DNA of 64,000 nt from Octopus bimaculoides (taxonomy: Eukaryota). The DNA lies in contig NC_068982.1 in the NCBI RefSeq assembly GCF_001194135.2, positions 105,516,342 through 105,580,341 of the forward strand, read 5' to 3'. Positions 40,464-53,134 of this stretch are shown here, one piece after another (the stretch's first letter is position 1; each line of letters opens with the position of its first letter). Below the pieces are notes generated by a model. That model ran no database searches. It had not been told where the DNA came from and was given only the letters and a program-made list of their open reading frames with translations. Position numbers and translations under genes: made by a program.

Positions 40464-41640
40464 CGTGGTCTGATCAATAAGTATCCAGACTGTTGTCACA
40501 GTAACGAAGTTAAAGCTGCTTTGCACAGATTGACCTTGAACTCTGCTGTGCATGTGCACAATGTTTAAATGTTCTAGTTCACTTCTGCTGTTTACAGCAG
40601 TGCTTGGAAGTAACATGTGTTCATTGCATTGACTATGACAGAGAAAGTTGAGCAGAGAATCTGCATCAAATTTTGCCAAAAGCTAGGCTATATCTGCTCA
40701 GAGGCCTATGCAAAGTTTGCATTGTTCTTGACACAATCAAGATTTTGTGCAACTGAAACTAAAGTGTCATTTTGGTTAGCTGAAAGCAATTTTGGCAGAC
40801 ATGTCTCTCACACCCAATCTTCAGTGATAATGGACTGAACTGAACTGTAACTAATCTGCACATCCTCTGATAACTCACAGTTGCAATGCTTTTCTCAGTT
40901 CTGTTAGTTGCAGGTCTCCCAGAATGTTCGTCACTATTGACATTTTTTCAGCTATCTTGGAAACGTCTGAACTACTTGTACACTTCTGTGCAGCTCATAC
41001 ACTCCTCTCCATACACTTTCTGCAACTTTGCATAGGCCTCTGAGCAGATATCGCCATGACAACTTTCACTCTCATGTTCAATGCGACAATCACACATTAC
41101 TTCCAAGCACTGCTGTAAACAGCAGAAGTGAGCTAGAACATTAAAACTGTACATGCACAGCAGAGTTGAAGGTCAATCTGTGCCAAGAGGTTTCACTATA
41201 CGTGCTTTAGCTTCATTATTATGGCAACAGCAGAGGTGCAATGGCCCAGTGGTTAGGGCAGCGGACTCGCGGTTTCGATTCCCAGATCGGGCGCTGTGAG
41301 TGTTTATTGAGCGAAAACACCTAAAGCTCCACGAGGCTCCGGCAGGGGATGGTGGCGAACCCTGCTGTACTCTTTGACCACAACTTTCTCTCACTCTTAC
41401 TTCCTGTTTCTGTTGTGCCTGTAATTCAAAGGGTCAACCTTGTCACACTGTGTCATGCTGAATATCTCCGAGAACTACGTTAAGGGTACACGTGTCTGTG
41501 GAGTGCTCAGCCACTTGCACGTTAATTTCACAAGCAGGCTGTTCCGTTGATTGGATCAACTAGAACCCTCGACGTCGTAAGCGACGGAGTGCCAACAACA
41601 ACATATGGCAACAGCTCAGATACTTATTGATCAGACCTCA
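40464..41640. mobile_element. mariner-derived palindromic non-autonomous element
   Basis: TA-flanked TIRs cgtggtctgatcaataagtatc; both arms carry the transposase N-terminus (EQRICIKFCQKLG..CSEAYAKLQKVYGEECMS) in opposite orientations; SINE nested inside. Confidence 0.85.
41231..41603 (+). mobile_element. young tRNA-derived SINE nested in the mariner element
   Basis: TSD tatggcaacag (41220-41230, 41604-41614). Confidence 0.92.
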
Positions 41641-44600
41641 TAAGTATAAAACATTTTATGAAATATTGGGAAAACATCCATAGATCGTACTTGATGTTTT
41701 GTCCTAACTCAAACTTGACCAAGGACATTTATGACCAAAGACATTCCAGTCATTGCCATTCCATCTTTTGAGGAGTATGTAGCCTTCAAAAGACAATAGT
41801 GTGTGATTTGAGAAAGAGAGATTTGGCTGTGATTTCCAGCAGGCTGAGCTATGATATAGACTTCAGCCGTTATAAGTTGAGGTAAATTGTAAAACGCACT
41901 GCATAACTATAGAATTTGTTCATGGAAACTTTACAGTTGTTTCTATACAACAATTAGAGAGTGTCGAGAGAGGGCTGACTGGTTTAATGCAAACACATAT
42001 GTTTACTGAAGGACAAATGGGCAGTGATGAAGATGATGTGATCAGCAAAGGTGATGGAGAGATGGAAGATGGAGAGCTATGAGTGATAAGGAGACAAGCA
42101 TTTCAAATACACTTCTGTCCAACAAGACTGAACACCTGATCTGCATGCCATAGAACATGTGCAAATCTTTTCTTTTCTGTTTCTCCCCTAGCTAAGTATA
42201 CCTAACACCTAGCTTCCCTTCTATATAAAGACAAATATATATACACAAGAGTTCTAGCTCTCATCAGTTTAGTATCCATTTTTCTAGGTTTGCAAGGTTC
42301 AAGTGGAATTGCTATAACCACTGCTCTTGCACAATGTTCTCCAGAAATAGTTTCTATCCTTCGCAGACACTTCAATCTTTCTCCTTCTAAGCATCAACTC
42401 AATTTATGAAAATAATAAGTTCTTCATATACCTTAAAATGCGAACCCCATTTCCAACATTCAAAAGTAATGGAAACAACCAAGCACCTCTTTATCACTCC
42501 AAGAGCCTCTCCTTTCTCAATAAAGACCAACCTATTATAGACTTGTTCTTCAATGTTACATATTTGTAGGTCCCAGCAAAAGCAATGTGGTTGTCCAAGA
42601 CATCAGCAAACTGTTCACTGATGGCCTTAATCTATATCTTGGACTCAAAGTTTATCAGACATCTCTATCACAAAATCTAGTTATGTCTCTTGCAACTCCT
42701 TCTGTATTTTAACAATTCCATATTTCTTTCGATTACATACTCACTTCTATGCACATTAACTCCCTTACTCTGCATTAGCCTTCTGCATATAACCTAAACT
42801 TGCACCACTCCCATGAACTGAGTTGTCGAAAACCTTTTGACAAGGGAAGCAACCGCAATGAGCAATTACTACATACACAGTTATACCCCAAACAAAAGTT
42901 AGAATTCACAATCAATGATGATATCCCACAGTAGGTGATTTCACATGTTAAAACTACTTTGCAGAAATGGCCTAAATTTCCTTTACTAGAACATATTTGA
43001 GCACTGATAGTACTATCACTCATCCTGTTAGACAAATGCCCTTAAATCACATCATCCCATCTCAAAGATGCATTAGGCAATGTAGCTCTTGATACAGAAT
43101 GATGGCTGGAATAATTTTCATTGTACATCTCAATCAGTGCCAACTTTAGGTTAAACAACAAAAACAGTAATTCTACACATTGACAAAAATTTACTGATTC
43201 ACATACCATTAACCAACCATTGGCCCAGTTTCTTCCCTGCTACAACTTAAAAAGATTCTCCTGTGAATACCATCATCACCCAAGCAAACTCTCTCCTCTC
43301 CCCCTCTATTCAAATCTGTACTGTTTTCCCAATTCTTCTTATCTATGTCCGTCCTGCCACTTAGGAACATCAATCAGCATAGGTCATGCTGAAAACATCC
43401 ACAATATTAAATCTCACTACCTCTGAAAGCCTGCTAAAATTTTAAGAGCATCCTCTCCTTTTTCAGCTAAAACAAAACATTAAAAATTGCAAAAATTAAT
43501 TAAGAAAGTTTTATGTTCCTTTAGCAGTGAAAAGTAGGAGGAGCATCAAGTGGGAAGAGCAGACAAGTGATGTGTTATGACCGAGATATGATTGTATCTA
43601 TTTCCCTTATTTTGCTAATGTCATGTGGAAAGCACAAATATGACAATTCTCAAACAGAAAATAATATAATTCATGTCTGACTACCTTCTATATTTATGAA
43701 ACAAACATATAAGCACCCAACATATTCTTAAAACAAGAATTGATATATGAAGATATTACAATAAATATTTTAGGATTTAATTTAATATTGCATAGATTTT
43801 TTGTGTAAAAGTATCATTTCTTGTAATACAGATTGAAGAACATATTTTGAAATGCCAAACTAACTTCACAAAAGATAAAATAATGCAACAAACATAACAG
43901 ATTCAAAAACATTTCATTCAACTCCAATCACACAATACATTTTTAAAATACAATTTGACATAAAAACTGTCTTCTTTTTGAAACAAGAATCCAGAAGGTA
44001 AAAAAAAATGTCTCAATTTCCAACTCAGCACCTTTCATATAAAGTATATCCCACCTGCCCTTGTCACTATCATAGCATTATTATCAATATAACTATATTT
44101 AGGTTAACCTGAAAGTGAATAATTTTTATTAGTGATTTGAGAAGTGACAGAATTTTATTTTTTCATGAGTAAAAGAAAACAGAAAAACCATCCAGTTTAA
44201 TTCTAGCGCAGATGGAATGATGTTACAAACTGATATTTACATAATTTGGAGCAAGTTGACCTTCCTATCAGTAAACCATGCAACTGTGAAGAGTTATATC
44301 TGTTCTCAGAGACACATATGTGCTTAGGGACACAATAAATATCTCTAACAAGGTTTCAACTCACAACCATGTAGTATGTAGTCTCAGCACCTTAACCTCA
44401 CAGCCACAATGTAATTATAATACTAGACTGTATAAAATTTGTGAAAGTCATTCCATTTGTGCGAGTATGAAAAAAACGGTTATGAAAGTCAAAGTTAAAA
44501 ATTATGATTTGAATGTCAGAATGAGAGTTGAATGAAATCAAACAAACAATAGAATATGGTTAAACATTAAATAAAACATGCAATTTTGAAAGTTTTTACA

Positions 44601-46043
44601 GACTGCAATAAGTAAATTCCATTAGACTGAGACAAAAATGTAAAATTTTTTCACTGTCCTGTTAAGATGTTTGATTTCATTTTTTCTTCTTCATAAAATG
44701 TTTTGAGACAAGTTACTTTAAACATCTGAACAATTGAGGGGTAATTATCAACATAATTTAACGTCAATAACAATCCAACTGAATAATAAAAAACATATGT
44801 ACATATACAAATATAGAAAACCATTACTTAATGCATCAATTTCATTCTGAAATAACACAGGAGTTCAAGAGATCTGTAGGTGAGGTCTGCAGCAGATATC
44901 ACTACAACCCATTCATTGGTACATGAATTTTTATGTATGTATAAAGAGAATTTTTTTTTTTCATGTATGGCTTTACATGTTTGTCTTTTTTTTTTTACCA
45001 ATACGTGGGATGATTAATCAAATGTGTATATTTGCAGATGATGGAGAAGTGGTTTCCTTTTAAACACAACTAGATGATGTTCCTAATATTAATTAATGAT
45101 TCAGCTGGGGAATGAATGGTTCCTTTCTGTCGGACATGAATTTCTTTTTAAAGATACAAAACTTATGAAATGTAATAAAATGCAATGTGAAAGCAAGTTC
45201 TATTGAAAACCAGTTGTTTACTCACTTCTAGTAGTCTATAAGAAAACTCAAATTAGTAAGATTATCTCAACAATTATAGAAAAAAGGTGTTATATTTATA
45301 GTTGAATACTCAGAAAACTGAATAGCAGCCTTATTTTTATAAATACTATTGGACTTAATACTAGTTTGAAATACAAAATAAATTACAGAAAGATATGGAA
45401 TGATAGAAAATTTTACTTCAGACTTTTAAATAATGATCAAAAGGAAAATTAGATGAAGTATTTTAAATAAAAGCCTGCCATATGATACAATAAACTTAAA
45501 TGCTTTTCACAGTTTCATATTCATTTTTCCATGCTTAGTTTGAAGCTTTTTGTTGACACAACTACTTCGTATTGCCTGGTACTCTTGTTACCTTGAACAC
45601 GTCAACTGTGAAATAGGACTGAAGCCTGTTTTTGTTAGTCAGGCCAACCAGATCAAGCAAAGTTATGTACCTTAATTAGGAAGGACGTAACACAATAGTT
45701 GTAGTAGAGTTTGAACTTTTGACCATATTGATCAGTCATCAACAGCTCAATCATCAATCCATTCTTTGAAAATATTTATCAAATGTTGTAGCTGGGAAAA
45801 AAAAATAGAAGAGTTTTAACGTACATACTAATAAAAATGTTAAGATGTTTGGATATTGATGATAGTATATTATGCTTGAACTTACATATTCCCATGCACA
45901 TGGTTGTTACATAATTGCATATACATCAAATATCCAGAAGAGGAATCAACAGAGTTGATTAATAAAACTGATGAAAAGAAAGAGATTTTATGACCATGAG
46001 CAACCGGGTTTGTTAAATAAATGACAATCACATATAATTTATT

Positions 46044-46298
46044 TCAATCTTTCTCCTTGTCTAACTCCTCTACATCATCAATGATACTGTCCATGTTACC
46101 CTGTGAATTTTGATGTGTCCAAGTCACAGCATATGTAACTTTATCCCCAGCAACTAAAGTTACGCTGTCAATTTTATCTTGCATTTCAGCTCGTGCTTGA
46201 GCAAGTGCACTTTGAATAGCAATGTCTTTTTGTGCTTGACATTCCAAAACAGCACGGGAAAGATTAATTTGGTTTTCAATTCTTGCTGCTTGTAATGC
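46044..46298 (-). CDS. DEAF1: DEAF1 homolog apparent last coding exon (coiled coil, acidic tail, no MYND)
   Basis: tgtttcag|GCA acceptor, phase 0; ALQAARIENQINLSRAVLECQAQKDIAIQSALAQARAEMQDKIDSVTLVAGDKVTYAVTWTHQNSQGNMDSIIDDVEELDKEKD then TGA. Confidence 0.8.
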   Translation of the reverse strand, partial: ALQAARIENQINLSRAVLECQAQKDIAIQSALAQARAEMQDKIDSVTLVAGDKVTYAVTWTHQNSQGNMDSIIDDVEELDKEKD

Positions 46299-49200
46299 CT
46301 GAAACAAAATAAAACATAGTCAGCATTCATGTTTTGATATGGTACTGGATTTTAATTGGATAAATATAATGTATCTTTAGTTTCTTTACAAATTACTATT
46401 ATTTACAAGTACAAACAACGTAAAAAAAAGCTGTGTTTACAGGAAATAACTGTAAAAAATTATTATTTAACAATGTATTTGTTTCAATAGTTCCTAACTC
46501 ATAAAAGTGCACATATAAGGCTAATATACGGTGGAAATAAGTATATACATATATGTGCGTGTGCACATAGATAAATAGATGCACACAGAAATATCATTTT
46601 GAATAAGCAGCAGATAACATTTTTTAAGGTAGAGGTATACGAAAACTAAAGCTAAGAAGAGAATATCAGCATACTACTGGTACATATTGCTATATGAAGG
46701 ACTAGCAGAGTTGACTAACCAAATTTGAATTCAAAATCAAATATTTGTGCAGTGAGCCGTAATGTGGGTCATCTTCACAATTACAATATAATTGAGGGTA
46801 TAAAATTGATGTTATTTCACAATTTAATTCATTGTGTTGTTTATTGTCACAAACATCAAACTCAGGTAGGACCCTTCACTATGTTGGAGATTAGTAGATA
46901 AGTCTATCTTGCTAAATAACTTACAAATTATATTCAATTTGGAGAGGATGGAATAACAGGCACTTCCCCATGTAATTGGTAATGTAGTTGCATGGCAAAC
47001 AATGAATATGTAGGTTTGCTATTATAACAGCAAGTAGATTACATATCTGTTTAACCCTTTTAATACCATCTTGCTCAATATTGCCCCTGGTTTTATGATA
47101 CAAATTTCCCATTTTAAAGGGATCTAGGTTAAAACCTTGTGTCAGAATTTCGTGTTAATTTATGTTCCAAACAGCAGCTCAATAATGACAATGTTATTTT
47201 ATACTAAATTTTTCTATATTTTCAGAATTAACTGTAACAAAGGCAGTGTATTTCAACAGATATCGTCGTCGCCGTCGTTTAACGTCCGCTTTGACTGATT
47301 TGACTGAAGACTGGTGAAACCAGATGGCTACACCAGGCTCCAATCTGATTTGGCAGAGTTTCTACGGTTGGATGCCCTTCCTAACGCCAACCACTCAGAG
47401 AGTGTAGTGGGTGCTTTTACGTGTCACCCGCACGAAAGCCAGTCAGGCGGTACTGGCAATGGCCACGCTCAAGATGGTGTATTTTATGTGCCACCTGCAC
47501 AAATGGTAATAAAAGTGTTAAGTGACATCACTTGCTATTTTAGTATCTGGAACTTTCCAGTTAGGCAAAGCCTGAAGTTCTGCGAACTTGTAAAAGAAGT
47601 AGATTTATCAACAATGCTATGTGTTATTAAAGAGCATTTTGTTCCTTGGTTTCAGTGGGCTTGTTACTCTCTTACACCTCAGAGTTTGTGTTTACAGTGT
47701 CTAATACCAATTACATTAGCATCTTAGGAGTGAATCCATAGAATAAAATTGCACAAAATACTTTCAGTCACATTAACCATTGAAAGATATATGGCTAGAT
47801 CTACCTAAATTCTTGCAGTTTTTTCAACTCAATAAATGATATGTTTAGAACATTATTATTTTCAGAAGTTCTCCACTTCTATTGTTCAAACAAATGATAT
47901 TGAAATCTTTCCTTCTTTTTGTTTATTTGTTAGTCTTCCTTCTTAGACAGAGATAATCTGACTGACTGTTTGTGCTGCTAATGAATTTCAGGCTAATAAT
48001 TTGGCAGTGAAGGAGTTCTAAGGAGATGTCAAAATATGAAAACTCTCTTCATTTTTTCCACCACAAAATAATTTTATTCTGATTCCAAAGCCAGCATTAA
48101 TTAGCTTCCCTATTTGCTATTTCTATGGTCTTTGTAAACGGAATTTTAGTCTAATTTTTTATACCACTACATAAAAATCTACATATATAATTAAACTGTC
48201 CAACTGTTAGTACATTAATGTACTGTATAAATGAAATTTGTGTCTGTTTGTGTGCATGCACACATGAATATCAATACACAAAAATTACCATTCAACACTC
48301 ATTATGGTCAGCTATTCCTAACTTGAAATACTGCTTTCCAGATTACACACCACAACCAAAACCATTAGCCACATATACTTCATCTCAATAGGCAACTTTT
48401 AACTTCTGAAAACCTACTACCAGCCAACTCAAGAGACTCTGTTCAAAGCTTATGCATATATATTTAACATTTGTAAAAGCCATAGATAGTATTCCATGAG
48501 ACTTACATCAAGCACTTTCAAAAACCACTATTACCAACATCTACACTCTTTTAGATTAAAGGACAAAGGAAACACCACATCCTTGTATCAAAATATGTGG
48601 GCAGTCAGGAGCCAAGGAACAGATTGCTCTCCAACACAGAGCATTGTCAATAAAGTTACTTCCCGTCAAATGGATCACAAAACTGCAGGTCTTGTCTAAC
48701 CGAAAAGTTCCAGATATTAAAACAGCAAATGATATCACTTAACCAGATATATAATCTAATTACAGCCATTTGAAAAATTTTTTTTGGAAAGATTCTACAT
48801 GCTTAAAAATCCAAAACTTTCCAAAGCTCCACAGATATTAGGTTTAACAAGCATTGCAGAGTAGTTGTCCCTTGAAAATTAGAGGTCTGTACTAGGCTGT
48901 TTCCTTAACCACACAAGTCTAGCTAGCAATATCAGTTAGACATTTGTTCACCAAGACCCACCTATGATCAATGAGAATCAGATTAGCTGATACATTGTGA
49001 ACTCAGCTTCAATCATTTACCATTGATTAACTGCAGATGAATCTTAAGTGTATGAAGCTCCAAGTAATAACTGAATGAATCATCAAATTAATCCATACAT
49101 ACATATATATTCCCAATAGTTGAATAGCAAGCATCTTGACCACACAATCATGTGTGTGTGTGTGTGTGTGCATTGCCTTGAAGAATCTTTAGTTGAATGC

Positions 49201-49332
49201 ATCAACCCCACTACTTACTTTTTATAAGCTTGGTACTTATTTTCTATCAGCCTTTTGCTGAACTACTAAGTTACAGGAATGTAAACACACCAGCACCAGC
49301 ATTGGTGGGGGAAACAAACACAGACAAACAGA

Positions 49333-49382
<50 letters not shown>

Positions 49383-52076
49383 AGGGCATTACTATACAAT
49401 AACGCCTCACGCCATGAGGGACTCTAAGGTCAGACTACTATAAAAAGCACATTTTTACTGGATGTGAGGAAATGCAACTCTCAAAGCCAACCCCTTAAAA
49501 ACGGACTAAATTATAGATCATGATTTCGTAGTTATTGTAGTATTATACAACTTCTACTCGTCAGTATAATATGGTCAAGAAAAATAGAAATAAACAGTGA
49601 ATCAACATACCAAACGAACACCGTGTATCCAGCATAGCATATAGACGACTGTTCATCGCTATTTCCCTATGTAAGTGGCGGGAATTTTGAATTGCATCTC
49701 GGTAAATATGCCTCTTACTCAGAATAAATTCAGCACTGAATATATTCTGGTAATATATTTAAATTCAATAATAGGACGAATTCTTTTACAAGAATTTATC
49801 AAGTAGCTAGCNNNNNNNNNNNNNNNNNNNNNNNNNNNNNNNNNNNNNNNNNNNNNNNNNNNNNNNNNNNNNNNNNNNNNNNNNNNNNNNTTTATATTTA
49901 TATAAGGGCATTACTATACAATAACACCTCACGCCATGAGGGACTCTAAGGTCAGACTACTATAAAAAGCACATTTTTACTGGATGTGAGGAAATGCAAC
50001 TCTCAAAGCCAACCCCTTAGTAGTCTGACCTTAGAGTCCCTCATGGCGTGAGGCGTTATTGTATAGTAATGCCCTTATATAAATATAAATATATATTTCG
50101 GGAATAAATGATGGATTTTTTCCCTTATGAGGTTTTTTCACGCTAGCTACTTGATAAATTCTTGTAAAAGAATTCGTCCTATTATTGAATTTATATATAT
50201 ATATATAGGACAAGCTTCTTTCAGCTTCTGCCTACCAGATCCACTCACAAGGCTTTGGTTGACCCAAGACACTTGCCCTAGATGCCACACAGTAGGACTG
50301 AACCCAGAACCATGTGCAAGCTACTCACCACACACACAAATATTACTAAATAATGATTGTTACTGAGCAGAGCTATCATAACTGCATGTAAGAGTTAATG
50401 CTAATAACTAAGACTTTAATCCTGAAGTTCAAATTTCCAACAGTAATATTTCTTTTATAACTATTATAATATAAACAGGATTACAAAAATGAGTTAGTAC
50501 ATTAAGAGCTGTAAAAGGTAGTAATCTATACATATAAATTTGACATGGGCAATTCTTTCTTGTCTTGGGATTCAGTCAAATGGCTGGGTGGAATTGCATG
50601 AAAAATTACACAGATGTGTAGAATGATCCAGTGGTGATGCTGGGCTTTGAATTTTTCATAGCTCCCATGGTAACCAAGATAATCTACAATAATACTCTTG
50701 TGTTTATGAGAAAGGAAGGGGTGATAGATGAATAAGGAAGGAAGGGGTGATGTCATATTTTTTCATATCTCCCATGGTTACCGAGATAATCTACTATAAT
50801 AAGACTCGAGAAAGGAAGGGGTGAAGTCATACTTAGTAGTGAGATGATGAAAATTGAATGCTGAAAAAAATAAATCAAACAGCGTTTCAACTCTGTGTGA
50901 ATATATATGTGTGTATGTAAAAGGGAGGGGGGATGTGAATATGTGTGTGTTTGTATGTGTGCATATGCGCGCGCAATGGAAGTGGGATGGTTCATTTTTG
51001 TTCGCTTAGTATTTGGATTTATTTTTTGATTTGGTTGAATCTTGGTTGTTTTTTTTTTTTTGTTGGTCAGTTAGTTTTAGCATTCTGACTGAAAAAAAGT
51101 CATTCTAAAATTGTTTTTTAACGTAAGCGTGCTCAAACAAGTCGAATGCTTACACAGAGCAGGTTTTACAGCCACATCATCCAAACCGACTGGGTGAAAC
51201 CAGGCTTAGCTGCTAGTATTCATTTAAAGATAAGTAATTTAATGAACACGAATATATAAGCTGAGTGGTCAAAGAGCTAAATTATAGTCTCAAGGATTAC
51301 TGGTTCAACAAATAACATTTTCTTTGACAGTGCTTTTAGACACATCCTTATTGCTTTGGAGTAGTTAGCTAACAAATATATACTACTTTAATGGTTCTGT
51401 AGTTGGTATGAGGTTGGATAACCTCGCCATAAAACACTTGCGTAATTATTGAGGAACTGAAGGTGGTGAGCTGGCAGAATCATTATTGCACCAGGCAAAA
51501 TGCTGAGCAGCACTTCTGGTTCTTTATGTCCTGAGTTCAAATGCTGCCAAAGTTGACTTTGCCTTTCATCCTTTTTGGAGTTGATAAATTATGTGAATTC
51601 AACAAGCCCACTGCCCTAAATTTCTGGTCTGGTGCTTATAGTAGAAAGGATAATGATTGAATAACTGATTCTTCAAATAACTCTCAAATTAATTGTTAGA
51701 GAATAGTACTGTTTACTGACATCTCTCATCTATTTTGAGTAGAGTGAAGGTAATACACTCTACTGAAAATAAAAGTTAATAAAAAATATTATGTGTAGAG
51801 CTCTCACTGCTTACAAGGATACTTTTCTCCCCATTAGGTGGATTAAGTCACTTGTTTATTATCATTTTTTTTTTGTAGAGACAAGCAAATGTCAATCCTT
51901 CAGTCAATAAGTTAGCAACTTAACAACTCAGCCATCAGCAACTCTTTTAAGAAAGAGAAAAAAAGTGGCCAGAATTCAAAACCATTTATTAAAAACATAT
52001 AAGAACAATTCCAAATATAAAATAAACAAATAACAAACCATAACCTACACTAATAATAAGAACAGAAGCTGCTTAC

Positions 52077-52208
52077 ATCCTGCTTTTCTTTCTCCATCTG
52101 CAACTTTAGTTGTTGGAGAGCATTTTCTTTGGCAATTAAGCTCTGCTGTTTTGCTTGCTCTATCATACTTTTCAGCTGTTGTGTTTGCTGCACTAGAGAA
52201 TTGGCCAT
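52077..52208 (-). CDS. DEAF1: DEAF1 homolog coiled-coil/NES exon
   Basis: ccttttag|ATG acceptor and GAT|gtaagc donor; MANSLVQQTQQLKSMIEQAKQQSLIAKENALQQLKLQMEKEKQD (compare DEAF1 [20 protein letters not shown]). This is a different frame from the ORF-track call 52045-52299. Confidence 0.9.
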
Positions 52209-53134
52209 CTAAAAGGAGAGAAAGTGAATAGCAACATAAATAAGAAGGGTTTATAAAAGAAGAGACAGATGTAACATATGCAATAATTATTCCTTTCAAG
52301 AGAGTTTTTTTTTTTTCAATTCAAGTTGTTTGGACTCAGTTCGGTCCTGATAAAGTAGACCTAAGAACCAAAGTGTTCTACCACCACCACCAAAAAGCAT
52401 TCTACGGTCATTTTTTTCTGCTAAAGCAAAGGCTAGCTCTGAAAACCTATGACAATCTTCTCCAGTTTATACTATCCTCTGCACTCCCTCCCATACCTTC
52501 TTTGCTCTCATTTCCTCCATTTTTGCACTGGCATCATAGTTAGACCATGTCTTTCTCAGTCTTCCCCTCCTTAACTTCCAAAATCTTATGTACAAGTCTT
52601 TACAACAGACATTCAAGCACTTAGCCGTCATAAATAGACAGAATTCCTTCCTTACCTCAGCTGGGATCCCAACCTTAGGTTTCGGACCCCTATAGGTTAG
52701 TCTGTACTGTAATTCACTGATATATAATCACATGCATGAAGGACCTTATTCAGGTAGTGTTTTATAGCTGGATGCAACCCTTTTAAGTCACTTCTTACGA
52801 CACCCAGGAATATGGTGTATCTATTCTAAACCAGAATAAAAGTGCTCCATTCCATCTTCAAGTAGTTTTCTCTGTTGCTGTGCATGCCTAATAATGAAGG
52901 ACAGTGATGAGTGGTAAGATGCTTTGAGAACTGTTTAACATATACCAGTATGAAAAACCTGATGTAAAATACAAATGTATCTAGAATTACATTATCCAAA
53001 ATGTTATTTTTACTTTTTAAGATGGTGGGGTTTGATTTAAACAAATATGTGGTTGCTATTGCTATCAGGTCAAACAACATGTTGAGGTATTTGTCAGCTT
53101 TAATTTCATGCTATACACAGAGTGAAATGAAAAC

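Noticed and set aside
42400-43430. Possible decayed LINE RT
   Set aside because: Only faint motif echoes (KPFDK, YPKQ..IPQ); too degraded to call.
52045-52299. ORF-track translation DGQFSSAANTT...
   Set aside because: Wrong frame; the DEAF1-like coiled coil is in another frame, fixed by the splice phases.
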